Part shown: piece after piece, positions 7,661-16,129 of the stretch | Layout: every line of letters starts with the position of its first letter | How positions within the stretch are numbered: the stretch's first letter is position 1 | Assembly: GCA_035688995.1 (NCBI GenBank) | Contig: DASSMG010000233.1 | Coordinates: 1-28,577, forward strand | Source of the DNA: Actinomycetota bacterium | GTDB lineage: Bacteria > Actinomycetota > CADDZG01 > WHSQ01 | Direction: 5' to 3' | Length of the DNA: 28,577 nucleotides | Translations under genes and position numbers: made by a program | Notes under the pieces: generated by a model | What the model was told of the DNA's origin: nothing | The model's database searches: none | Seen by the model: the letters and a program-made list of their open reading frames with translations, nothing else

Positions 7661-8824
7661 GTGACTCCCGAATCCCAGATCCCCCTCCCGCGCATGAGAT
7701 CCCTGGTCCTCGTCGTGGACGACGACCCGGACATGCGCACCGTCGCGAGCATGCAGCTGTCCCACGAGGGTTACGACGTCATAGAGGCTCCCAACGGCCG
7801 CGGCTGCATCGAGATGGCTGCGACCCGGTCCCCCGACGTGATCCTGTTGGACATGATGTTGCCGGACATGGACGGCGGCGCCGTGTTGAACGCGCTTGCA
7901 TCGAATCCGCGCACCGCAGAGATCCCGGTCGTCTTCCTGTCGGCGATCACCACCACCGACGACCGCGTCCGCGCGCTCGAAGGAGGCGCCGTCGACTGGA
8001 TCAACAAGCCCGCCGATCCACGCGACCTGATCGCACGTGTCGGCGCCGCGGCGCGCACGAAAGCTCGTCAAGACGAGATCCGGATGCGGGCCGGGGGCGA
8101 TGCAGTCACCAGGCTGATGGGCAGAGACGTTTTCGAAACACGCTTGCGCCGCGAGCTCTCACGCTCGGCGCGCACGTCGTCGCACGCTTCGGTACTTCTG
8201 ATCAAGATCGACGCCGCCGACGAGGTGATCAACCGACATGGGATTGCGGTCAGCGATCGACTTCGGAGTGAGATCTCACGGGTTCTTCGCTCGACGTTGC
8301 GTACTTCCGACGAGCTGTTCCACTACGGCCCCGATGAATTCGCAGCGTTGCTTCCGGATACCGAGGTCGCGACCGCGTTCCTTGCGGCAGAGCGCTGTCG
8401 CGAGGCCGCAGCTTCTGTCGCCACGGCTCCCGAACCGCCGTCGGTTTCCGTTGGAGTCGCACAGTCGATGCCCGGCCGGACGGCCGACGAGGTCCTGGCT
8501 CGCGCCGAGATCGCACTGTTCCGGGCCCGTGACTCGGGTGGCGATCGCTCGTGGCGTGCCGACGACCCCAGAAGGCACGGCTTGAATCCGGTCTCGTTGT
8601 CGCAGGAACTGACCGAACGCGAGTGGGACGTGCTCGTCAACCTGTCGCAGAAGAGAACCGAGCACGAGATCGCCCGGCGACTGGGGATCACCCGCGGCAC
8701 CGTGCGCAGTCACAAGGCGCGGATCCGGCGCAAGCTCCACGTTCCCCCGGACATGCGCCTCTCGGAGTTCGTGCGGGTCAACTTCAAGGACCTGATCGAC
8801 CGGCTCCAAGCAACCGCGGGCTAG
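7661..8824 (+). CDS. Response regulator: REC + degenerate GGDEF + LuxR-type HTH
   Basis: REC (VVDDDPD, ILLDMMLPDMDG, FLS, WINKP); GGDEF-like domain with active-site motif YGPDEF; C-terminal LTEREWDVL...IARRLGITRGTVRSHKARIRRKL. The start may instead be the ATG at 7694. Confidence 0.85.
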   Translation: MTPESQIPLPRMRSLVLVVDDDPDMRTVASMQLSHEGYDVIEAPNGRGCIEMAATRSPDVILLDMMLPDMDGGAVLNALASNPRTAEIPVVFLSAITTTDDRVRALEGGAVDWINKPADPRDLIARVGAAARTKARQDEIRMRAGGDAVTRLMGRDVFETRLRRELSRSARTSSHASVLLIKIDAADEVINRHGIAVSDRLRSEISRVLRSTLRTSDELFHYGPDEFAALLPDTEVATAFLAAERCREAAASVATAPEPPSVSVGVAQSMPGRTADEVLARAEIALFRARDSGGDRSWRADDPRRHGLNPVSLSQELTEREWDVLVNLSQKRTEHEIARRLGITRGTVRSHKARIRRKLHVPPDMRLSEFVRVNFKDLIDRLQATAG

Positions 8825-8866
8825 CCGTCCGTCGTCACGATCCTCGACGGGCAGCTCGGTAGCTCG

Positions 8867-9646
8867 TCAGAACGTCCCGAGATAGGCATCGAGTAGCGGA
8901 CGCCCCACGAACACCGCGAGCACCGTCCCGAACGCGAGGAACGGTCCGAAGGGGATCTTCATCTTGCGCCCGCCGCGCGTCGCGGCGGCCGCGATCCCTC
9001 CGATGATCCCTCCCGACAGGAACGACAGGAACATCCCGACCAACACCACACCTATGCCACCGATGTCTCCTAGGAACATCCCGAGCAGGTAGGCGAATCG
9101 GACGTCTCCCATCCCCATCCCCTGCGGCACCAGGAATGCGATGGCGAAGAAGAAGACACCGAAGATCAACGAGCCCACCCCGGCCCGGACGAGCCGCCCC
9201 GGCTCGCCCTCGATGAGCGCGTCGGCAGTCAGCAACGCCGCACCGGCAACGATCGACGGATAGATGATCCGAGACGGCAACAGCTTGTGCTCCAGATCTA
9301 TGACGGTGAGCACCACGAGAACCCAGAAGAATGCAGCGAATGCGACCGCCCGGAGTGACACGCCGAACTTCCACTCGGCGAGCGCGAAGAGCACTGCCGT
9401 TGCAAGCTCGATCAGCGGGTAACGGACCGATATCCGCTTGCCGCAATGACGACACTTGCCGCGGAGGAAGAGCCAGCTGAACACCGGAACGTTCTCGAGT
9501 GCGGTCACGGTCGCACCGCAATCCGGGCAACGGCTGCGTCCGGAAACGATCGATTCGTGGCGCGGGACACGGTAGGCGACGGCAGTCGCGAAGCTGCCGA
9601 AGATCAGGCCGAGAACGGCAGCGAGAACTACGAAGTAGGTATCCAG
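8867..9646 (-). CDS. pilD: Prepilin peptidase (A24 family, PilD-like)
   Basis: Zn-binding CPDC/CRHC pairs, catalytic Asp motifs VIDLEH and GMGMGD, and C-terminal IPFGPFL. The frame stays open 46 codons upstream of the track start (9508) and encodes the canonical N-terminus DTYFVVLAAVLGLIFGSF...YRVP...RSRCPDC, beginning at a CTG (9646). Confidence 0.85.
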   Translation of the reverse strand: MDTYFVVLAAVLGLIFGSFATAVAYRVPRHESIVSGRSRCPDCGATVTALENVPVFSWLFLRGKCRHCGKRISVRYPLIELATAVLFALAEWKFGVSLRAVAFAAFFWVLVVLTVIDLEHKLLPSRIIYPSIVAGAALLTADALIEGEPGRLVRAGVGSLIFGVFFFAIAFLVPQGMGMGDVRFAYLLGMFLGDIGGIGVVLVGMFLSFLSGGIIGGIAAAATRGGRKMKIPFGPFLAFGTVLAVFVGRPLLDAYLGTF

Positions 9647-9659
9647 GACCGAACCGTCG

Positions 9660-10031
9660 CTACTGCGGTCCCCCGATGTGGGCCGCGATCTGGGAGAGAA
9701 GGGTCTCGGCCTCGAACGGCTTCATGATCACGTTCTCCTGGCCGATCTGGTCGTCGAATATCTGATGAGCGTCGGGCTTGCCGGTGACGACCAGGATGGG
9801 GATCCCCTCGGTCGCCGGATGCCGTTTCATCTCGTCGAACATCCGCCCGCCCGAGACGTCGGGCATCATCAGGTCGAGCAGGATCAGGTCGGGACGCTTG
9901 AACTCGGCCTTCGTCAGTCCTTCGAGACCGTCGCGTGCTTCCATCACCTCGTAGCCGCTCTGCTCGAGGATGAACTTCTCGAGCTCGCGGACGGCTTCTT
10001 CGTCTTCGACGATCAGGATGGTCTTAGCCAC
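9660..10031 (-). CDS. Single-domain response regulator (CheY-like receiver)
   Basis: ILIVEDE, LILLDLMMPDVSG, VVTG and IMKPF. No output domain. Confidence 0.92.
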   Translation of the reverse strand: MAKTILIVEDEEAVRELEKFILEQSGYEVMEARDGLEGLTKAEFKRPDLILLDLMMPDVSGGRMFDEMKRHPATEGIPILVVTGKPDAHQIFDDQIGQENVIMKPFEAETLLSQIAAHIGGPQ

Positions 10032-10037
10032 GGCGAC

Positions 10038-10043
10038 AAGGTA
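10038..10043 (-). promoter_or_regulatory. Leaderless-type -10 (TACCTT) for the receiver gene
   Basis: TANNNT 6 nt upstream of the GTG at 10031. Confidence 0.55.
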
Positions 10044-10067
10044 TCAAGTGACGGCCCTCGGCGAGCT

Positions 10068-10898
10068 TCATTCCCACAGGCCCCTGATCGCCGCCTCGGG
10101 ACGACGCGTTCCCCGGACCGCTTCGACCATCCGAACCGTCCTGACCGAGGCGGCTACATCGTGGACCCGGACGATCCCGGCCCCCGCCGCGACCGACAGG
10201 GCCACGAGCGCCAGCGTCCCCTCCAGGCGCTCCTCGAGAGGCAATCCCAACGTCTCTCCGACCACGTCCTTCCGGGAAGGTGCGACCAGTACGGGCCACG
10301 GCGAATCGCACAGTTCGCGCAGCCGCCGCATCAGCTCGAGGGAATGGAAAGTCGTCTTTCCGAAGTCGAGCCCGGGATCGACGATGATCCGGCCGTCCGC
10401 GACTCCGGCGCGCCGGGCGATGCCGGCGAGACGCTCCCACTCCTCGAGAACGGCCGTCACGATGTCCTCGTAACGCGGGTTGAGGGGACGACCACGGATC
10501 TGCCCCCCATGATGCATGAGCACGACGTACGCGTCGCGCCGCGCGCAAACGTGTGCCAGCTCGCCGTCGGCGAACCCGGTGACGTCGTTGACGATCGTGG
10601 CGCCGGCCTCGATCGCTTTCTCCGCGACGGCCGCGCGACCCGTCTCGACCGACAGGGGGACGCCCACCCGGGAGACGGCGTCGACCAAGGGCACGAGCCG
10701 ATCGAGCTCTTCGTCTTCCGACACGTCGGCACCGGGCCCTGCCTTCACCGCCCCGAGATCGAGGATGTCGGCTCCCTCCTCGACGAGACGCTCCGCGTGC
10801 GCGACCGACGCCTCCAGCCCCATCCTTCCTCCGTCGTAGAAGGAATCGGGCGTGCGGTTGACGATGCCCATGACGAGACAACGATCGAACTCGATCAT
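10068..10898 (-). CDS. Dihydropteroate synthase homologue, FolP2-type
   Basis: MGIVNRTPDSFYDGG, GADILDLGAVKAGPG, DPGLDFGK, SRK, VRVHDV. The true start is the ATG at 10898 overlapping the EamA stop (ATGA). The 11171 extension in the ORF track overlaps EamA and is rejected. Confidence 0.88.
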   Translation of the reverse strand: MIEFDRCLVMGIVNRTPDSFYDGGRMGLEASVAHAERLVEEGADILDLGAVKAGPGADVSEDEELDRLVPLVDAVSRVGVPLSVETGRAAVAEKAIEAGATIVNDVTGFADGELAHVCARRDAYVVLMHHGGQIRGRPLNPRYEDIVTAVLEEWERLAGIARRAGVADGRIIVDPGLDFGKTTFHSLELMRRLRELCDSPWPVLVAPSRKDVVGETLGLPLEERLEGTLALVALSVAAGAGIVRVHDVAASVRTVRMVEAVRGTRRPEAAIRGLWE

Positions 10899-11770
10899 TC
10901 GACGACGACCGCCTGCGGTCTCCCGCGCGCGGAGACGAGATAGATGCCCAACAGGATCGCAGCACCTCCGGGATAGACCAGAGATGTCGGAACCTCGGAG
11001 AACAACACGAAGGCAAGGATCGTTGCGATCACGGGTTCCGCCATGATCGCCACCGTCACGGTCGTCGCGTCGATGTCTTTGAGAACGAGATTTATGACGG
11101 TGTGTCCCAGCAATTGCGGGACGGCGATCAACGCGACGATCGCGATCCACGTTCCCGCGTCGTACCCCCACAGGGGGATGTGACGGACCAGGCAGACGAC
11201 CAGTAGAGGTACGGCTGCAACCGTGTAGGTGACCGTTGCGTAACCGAGGATGCCGGTATCTCTACGTGCTACCTGGCCCGCGAGGATGTACGCACCTCCG
11301 GTGATGCCTCCGATGATCGCAAGGATGTTCCCATCGCGCGATGTTCCCGACAGGTCGCCACCCGCGATCAGCACGCTACCGACCATGGTCGCGACGATGC
11401 CGACCCACGCCGCCATCGGCAAGCGGTCCTTGAACAGCCACCACGATGCGATCGCGACGAACACCGGCGAGGTCGACACCAGTAGGACCGAAGCAGCCAC
11501 CGATGTGAGCCCGAGTGACGTGATCCACGTGGCGAAGTGAACCGCGAGGAAGATCCCCGCCAAAGTGGAGGTACGGATCGCGCGCCGTGGGGTCTTCGAC
11601 AGATCGCGCCCGGCGAAGGGAGCCAACACGGCGGCACCGGCGGCACAACGCCACAGAGAGATCGCCAACGGATCGGCGTCGCGCGCGTACCTGATCAGGA
11701 TCGCCGAGATGGACGCCGCCAGGACCCCGAGACCGAGCAATAACCACGAGGATCGCGACGGCGCTTCCAT
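10895..11770 (-). CDS. EamA/DMT-family transporter
   Basis: About 10 hydrophobic helices in two repeats. Motifs FLAVHFATWITSL, SVLLVSTSPVFVA, EPVIATILA. Confidence 0.92.
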   Translation of the reverse strand: MEAPSRSSWLLLGLGVLAASISAILIRYARDADPLAISLWRCAAGAAVLAPFAGRDLSKTPRRAIRTSTLAGIFLAVHFATWITSLGLTSVAASVLLVSTSPVFVAIASWWLFKDRLPMAAWVGIVATMVGSVLIAGGDLSGTSRDGNILAIIGGITGGAYILAGQVARRDTGILGYATVTYTVAAVPLLVVCLVRHIPLWGYDAGTWIAIVALIAVPQLLGHTVINLVLKDIDATTVTVAIMAEPVIATILAFVLFSEVPTSLVYPGGAAILLGIYLVSARGRPQAVVVE

Positions 11771-11774
11771 GAGG

Positions 11775-11807
11775 CTCGTGAGGTTAACGGGGGCATAACC
11801 TCACGAG
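11775..11807. promoter_or_regulatory. 12-bp perfect inverted repeat forming back-to-back divergent promoters
   Basis: CTCGTGAGGTTA-N9-TAACCTCACGAG. Each arm carries an outward-facing TAACCT -10. Confidence 0.7.
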
Positions 11808-12200
11808 ATGACAGATGGGCCCGTGGTCGCCGTCGGCGCGGTCGTCATCCACGATGGTGCGCTCCTCATGGTTCGTCGGGGTCGCGAGCCGGGCAAGGGA
11901 CTGTGGTCAATCCCCGGGGGCCGCGTCGAGAAACACGAGACTCTCGCCGGCGCACTGGCGCGTGAAGTCAGGGAGGAGACCGGGCTGGAGATCGAGGTCG
12001 CCGACCTCCTGGGGATCCTCGAGGTCACCGGCGATCCGCATTACGTGATCCTCGATCACGTCGCGACGGTCGTCGGCGCGGCCACGCCACGAGCCGGCGA
12101 CGATGCCGATGAGGTTCGGTGGGTCCCGCTCGACGAGGTGGAAAACCTCGACTGCACGCCCCGGTTCGTCGAGTCGTTGCGAGGGTGGGGGGTTCTCTAG
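11808..12200 (+). CDS. NUDIX hydrolase
   Basis: Nudix box GGRVEKHETLAGALAREVREETGL. TAACCT lies 6 nt upstream of the ATG. Confidence 0.93.
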   Translation: MTDGPVVAVGAVVIHDGALLMVRRGREPGKGLWSIPGGRVEKHETLAGALAREVREETGLEIEVADLLGILEVTGDPHYVILDHVATVVGAATPRAGDDADEVRWVPLDEVENLDCTPRFVESLRGWGVL

Positions 12201-14038
12201 CAGACGAACAGGGCGACTGTGTCGTGCTCGTGCAGCTTCGTTCCGGCGATCGGCTGGGTCTCGACCACGATGCTGCCGGGGCACGACTGAACGACATGGA
12301 CGCGGAGTCCCAACGCCGTCAACTTCGCCTTGGCCTCGTCCACGCCCATCCCTCGAACGTCCGGCATCGTTACCTCGGCGAAACGGGGGCCGACGGAGAT
12401 GTAAACGCGGATCTCGCTCCCGCGCCCGATGACCTCACCGGTGGCGGGGTCGGTCGAGACGACCTTGCCCTCGGGAACGTCGTCCGAGTACGCATCCACG
12501 GGGACCGGGACGAAGCCCTCACTGCGTAAGGCATCCAGTGCCGCTCCACGCGACTTGCCGACCACGTCCGGGACGGCAACCGGTTCCGGCCCCTTGCTCA
12601 CGACGAGGCCGACCTTCGTGAACCATTCGCGTTTCCCATCGGCCGGGCTCTGCGAGATGACCGTGCCTTCCGGTTTCATCGAGTATTCGTAGGTGACATC
12701 GCCGATCTCGAACTTGCGTATGTGCAAGCGGATGGCGGCCAGGTCCTTCGTGAGGCCGGTGACGTCGGGGATCTCGAACAGGGGGTACCCGCTCGAGAGC
12801 ACGACCTCGATCTTCGACCCCTCCTGGATCTGACCGGACTTCGGACTCTGAGAGATGACGTGCCCTTTCGGGACGGTGGGGCTGCGCTCGCGGTCCACGA
12901 CCGTGATGTCGAGCCCACGGTCGTCGGCACGCCGCGTTGCGGCACCTTTGGCGAGTCCTCGCAGAGACGGAACCGCGACGTCACGAGCACCGAACAGCCA
13001 CGTGGCACCTTTGGCCGCGCCTGCCGCCACCAGCAGGACAAGGATCGCGATCGCCACGAAACGCGCTCGCGGGGCGCGTCTGCCGGCCCGCTTGAGACTG
13101 CGATTGGACACGAAGGTCGTCGGCTCCATGTCGGGCAGCCGGATCTCGCCCGTCACGTGATCGAGGAGCATCTCGACCCCGGGCCCCGCTTCGACGTCCG
13201 TGTCGGTGAGCGACCGCAGATCGCGGGCCATCTCGGCCGCGTTCTGATAGCGATCGGCAGGGTCCAGAGCGCACGCGGTTGCAACGATGTCGTCGATGGC
13301 GCGCGGGATCGAGGGGTCCATCTTCGAAGGCGCTTCGACCTGTTCGTTGGCGCGATGACGGAGTACGTCGGCCCCCGAACCACGACCCGGGGGTGAGCCG
13401 GTGACGAGCTCCGCGAGCACCGCGCCGGCCGCCCAGATGTCGGCCTGCGGACCGGCGTCCTCCCCGCGGGCCTGCTCGGGAGCGACGTATCGCAACGTTC
13501 CGTGAATGGTTCCGCCCGGCATCGTCCTGTCCGCGTCGACCATCGCGGCGATCCCGAAGTCGGCGACCTTCACGGTGCCGTCCCGAGCCAGCAGGATGTT
13601 CTCGGGCTTGACGTCTCGATGGATGAGCCCGTGTGCGTGAGCCACCGACAACGCCTCGCAGACCGAAGCCATGATCCCCGCCGCGTGCGCCGGATCGAGC
13701 GACCCTCTGCTGACGAGGAGATCCCTCAGGTCCGATCCCGAGACGTACTCCATGACCATGTAATAGGTGTGGTCGTCCTCGGCCCCCCAGTCGTGCACCG
13801 CGACGATGTTCGGATGCGAGAGACGAGCCGCGGCACGTGCTTCGGCGCGGAACCGTGCGACGAGATCGGGATCGGTGGCGAGTGACGGCTGAAGCACCTT
13901 CACCGCGACGCTGCGGTCGAGCAACAGGTCGTGACCTCGGTAGACCTCGCCCATGCCACCGCCGGCGATACGCGCGACGATCCGGTAACGATGCGACAAG
14001 ACCTCGCCCACGAGGTCGCGCATTACCCGCACCATCAC
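12197..14038 (-). CDS. Membrane Ser/Thr protein kinase with 4 PASTA domains (Stk1/PknB-like)
   Basis: GGMGEVY, VAVK, HRDVKPENILL, DFG, GTLRYVAPE, DIWAAG. A TM helix follows, then four VP(D/S)(V/L)xG...V..Q/T.P repeats. Exact start (14038, 14035 or 14023) is uncertain. Confidence 0.95.
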   Translation of the reverse strand: MMVRVMRDLVGEVLSHRYRIVARIAGGGMGEVYRGHDLLLDRSVAVKVLQPSLATDPDLVARFRAEARAAARLSHPNIVAVHDWGAEDDHTYYMVMEYVSGSDLRDLLVSRGSLDPAHAAGIMASVCEALSVAHAHGLIHRDVKPENILLARDGTVKVADFGIAAMVDADRTMPGGTIHGTLRYVAPEQARGEDAGPQADIWAAGAVLAELVTGSPPGRGSGADVLRHRANEQVEAPSKMDPSIPRAIDDIVATACALDPADRYQNAAEMARDLRSLTDTDVEAGPGVEMLLDHVTGEIRLPDMEPTTFVSNRSLKRAGRRAPRARFVAIAILVLLVAAGAAKGATWLFGARDVAVPSLRGLAKGAATRRADDRGLDITVVDRERSPTVPKGHVISQSPKSGQIQEGSKIEVVLSSGYPLFEIPDVTGLTKDLAAIRLHIRKFEIGDVTYEYSMKPEGTVISQSPADGKREWFTKVGLVVSKGPEPVAVPDVVGKSRGAALDALRSEGFVPVPVDAYSDDVPEGKVVSTDPATGEVIGRGSEIRVYISVGPRFAEVTMPDVRGMGVDEAKAKLTALGLRVHVVQSCPGSIVVETQPIAGTKLHEHDTVALFVC

Positions 14039-14466
14039 CCTCCTCCGTGGTCGTGCTTCATGTGGTAGTCGAAGCGATTCTCGAGAACCGAGAGGCCATC
14101 CAAAGCCGACTGCGCGCGGTTGAGTGCGTCGTTCGCAGTCGCCGCTGCCTCGTCGGCCGCCCCGACGCGCGCCCGCAACGACTCACGCAGGTCGCTCAGG
14201 GCCGAACCGAGCCGCGCGGCCAGGTTGTCGATGCGTTCGGTCATGTGGTCGCGGCGGTTCTCCAAGCGCTCGACGCGGGCCGCGAGACCGTCGGCCGTAC
14301 GTTGTATCGAGCTGATCTGGGACAGGGCCTTATCGAGGCGCGGATCGGCGGCGGCCGGGGTGGTGTCCCCGCCGCCCGAATCCCCGCAGGCTGCGAGCAG
14401 TACCAGTACCAAACCCCAGGCGCACAACGTCGCTCCCCGTCGGCTCCCCATGTTGCGGATCGTCAC
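14035..14466 (-). CDS. Coiled-coil lipoprotein
   Basis: GGAGG SD 5 nt before the GTG at 14466 (alternative ATG 14451). Signal peptide with lipobox LAAC, heptad Ala/Leu-rich body, and a stop overlapping the kinase start. The 14934 start in the track is spurious. Confidence 0.8.
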   Translation of the reverse strand: MTIRNMGSRRGATLCAWGLVLVLLAACGDSGGGDTTPAAADPRLDKALSQISSIQRTADGLAARVERLENRRDHMTERIDNLAARLGSALSDLRESLRARVGAADEAAATANDALNRAQSALDGLSVLENRFDYHMKHDHGGG

Positions 14467-14526
14467 ACGTGCCTCCGCACCCTCAACGGAAATCGGGATG
14501 AACGTCCCTAGACGGGAGTCACACGA

Positions 14527-14554
14527 GTAACAATAGCAACAATAATTTACAAAA
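14527..14554 (-). promoter_or_regulatory. AT-rich promoter with extended -10 (TGCTATTGT) and a direct repeat
   Basis: Strongly AT-rich patch in a GC-rich window. On the minus strand TGnTATTGT; on the plus strand AACAATA repeated at 14529 and 14538. Confidence 0.6.
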
Positions 14555-15206
14555 GCACCAGACCCGAGAGGGCATTGTGATCCGAGCCCCTGGTCCGAAC
14601 CACCCGCCTGCGCCCCACCCGGGCTCCGTGACCGGCCAGGATGTGGTCCCTCTGAGCGAACCGGCGGACGAGCGTCTTGCGGGGCCAGCGGGGCGAGTCG
14701 AGCCCGGCATCGAACAGGGGCGTAAGGGTCCGGCGAGGCTGATTGAGGTCCCCCAGAACCACGATCGGCCCGTCGAGATCCCGGACGAGCTCGGCCACCG
14801 CCGCGGTCTGGGTTGCCAGGGGGCCGGGCTGGAGGGATAGATGGGCGGCCACGATCGTCACCCCGGGCATCGTCGCCACGATCGCGGCACGCGGCTCCTC
14901 GTCTCCGACGAGCGGCAGCTGATGCGGCCGCCACACGAGCTTCTCCTTGCTCGCGAGCCCGATCCCGTAGGACCCCTCCCCGCGCCGGAGCGTCGGGACG
15001 AAACCGATGTGCAGGCCCGTCAGCCGGCTCAATTCCGCAGGTTGATCGACGCGGCCGGTCCGCTCCATGAGCTCGTCCAGCTCCTGCAACGCCACGATCG
15101 AAGCGCCGGTTCTGGTTATGACGTCGGCGATCCGGGCCAGGTCGATACGGCCGTCGAGCCCCTCGCAGTGGTGGACGTTGAACGTGGCGACCTCGAGTTG
15201 GGGCAT
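14547..15206 (-). CDS. Endonuclease/exonuclease/phosphatase (EEP) family protein
   Basis: ATFNV, LQE, AAHL, LGDLN, RDHIL and SDH motifs. Start at ATG 15206 with TATCCT 6 nt upstream. Confidence 0.9.
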   Translation of the reverse strand: MPQLEVATFNVHHCEGLDGRIDLARIADVITRTGASIVALQELDELMERTGRVDQPAELSRLTGLHIGFVPTLRRGEGSYGIGLASKEKLVWRPHQLPLVGDEEPRAAIVATMPGVTIVAAHLSLQPGPLATQTAAVAELVRDLDGPIVVLGDLNQPRRTLTPLFDAGLDSPRWPRKTLVRRFAQRDHILAGHGARVGRRRVVRTRGSDHNALSGLVLL

Positions 15207-15212
15207 CGGGCC

Positions 15213-15218
15213 AGGATA
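15213..15218 (-). promoter_or_regulatory. Leaderless-type -10 (TATCCT) for the EEP gene
   Basis: TANNNT 6 nt upstream of the ATG. Confidence 0.6.
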
Positions 15219-15237
15219 GTCAGGGGGCCGTGGGAGC

Positions 15238-16113
15238 ATGAGCCCCATGGATCGACCAGCCGCCGCGGGCCAGGATCTCGCCACCTCTCCCCCCTCTGGG
15301 GACGAGGTCGAGTACTGCTACGGGCATCCCAAGACCCCGACCCGTTTGCATTGCTCGCGGTGCGGGAGGCCGATCTGCGGTCGTTGCGCCATCGCTGCTT
15401 CGGTCGGGCAGCACTGCCCCGAATGCGTTGCCGAAGCCCGCCGCAGCGCCCCCAAGGTGCGCTCGACCCTTCGGGCCAACGCCCCCGTCGTCTACTCGCT
15501 GATAGCGATCAACGTCCTCGCCTACGCGGCGCAGACGTTCCTCGGATTCGAGAACTTCACCGTGCGCTTCATGCTCATCCCGCAGGCCGTCGACGCCGGT
15601 CAGTGGTACCGGCTGGTGACTGCGATGTTCCTGCACGGTGGGGCGCTACACATCATCATGAACATGTACGTGCTTTTCATCTTCGGGCCGAATGTCGAGC
15701 AGGCTTTCGGCTCGGTGAGGACGTTGGCCATGTACCTGGCGGCGGGTCTGATGGGAAGCGCGTTCTCGTACGCGATACCGCCCGAGAGCCCCAGTCTGGG
15801 GGCGTCGGGAGCGATCTTCGGCCTCGCCGGCATCCTGCTGGTCTATCTCTACAAGAGACGGACCTCGCAGTTCCTCGGGCGTTACCTCAGAAGCATCGGG
15901 TTCTTCATCGTTGCCAACCTCGTGCTCGGGTTCGCGCTGTCGTCATTCATCGACATCTGGGCCCATATCGGGGGCCTCGTCGGGGGGATCATCCTGGCCT
16001 TGGGCTTCGACAGGCGTGATCAACTCGCGCCGATCACCTCGACACTGGCGACGCTCGCCGTGGTGGGCGGCGCGGTGCTACTCGTGATGATGAAGACGGC
16101 CGGAGCGTTCTAG
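15238..16113 (+). CDS. Rhomboid intramembrane serine protease with N-terminal Cys/His zinc finger
   Basis: CYGH...CSRCGRPICGRC...HCPEC, WYRLVTAMFLH, HIIMNM, catalytic GASG and AHIGG. Confidence 0.93.
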   Translation: MSPMDRPAAAGQDLATSPPSGDEVEYCYGHPKTPTRLHCSRCGRPICGRCAIAASVGQHCPECVAEARRSAPKVRSTLRANAPVVYSLIAINVLAYAAQTFLGFENFTVRFMLIPQAVDAGQWYRLVTAMFLHGGALHIIMNMYVLFIFGPNVEQAFGSVRTLAMYLAAGLMGSAFSYAIPPESPSLGASGAIFGLAGILLVYLYKRRTSQFLGRYLRSIGFFIVANLVLGFALSSFIDIWAHIGGLVGGIILALGFDRRDQLAPITSTLATLAVVGGAVLLVMMKTAGAF

Positions 16114-16129
16114 CTAAGTCGCTCTTCCG

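Noticed and set aside
10899-11171. N-terminal extension of folP in the ORF track
   Set aside because: It overlaps the EamA gene in another frame. Homology begins at the ATG at 10898.
14467-14934. N-terminal extension of the lipoprotein ORF
   Set aside because: It overlaps the EEP gene and promoter. The SD and signal peptide begin at 14466/14451.
15238-15450. Zinc finger fused to rhomboid as a novelty
   Set aside because: This N-terminal Cys/His finger is a common feature of actinobacterial rhomboids.
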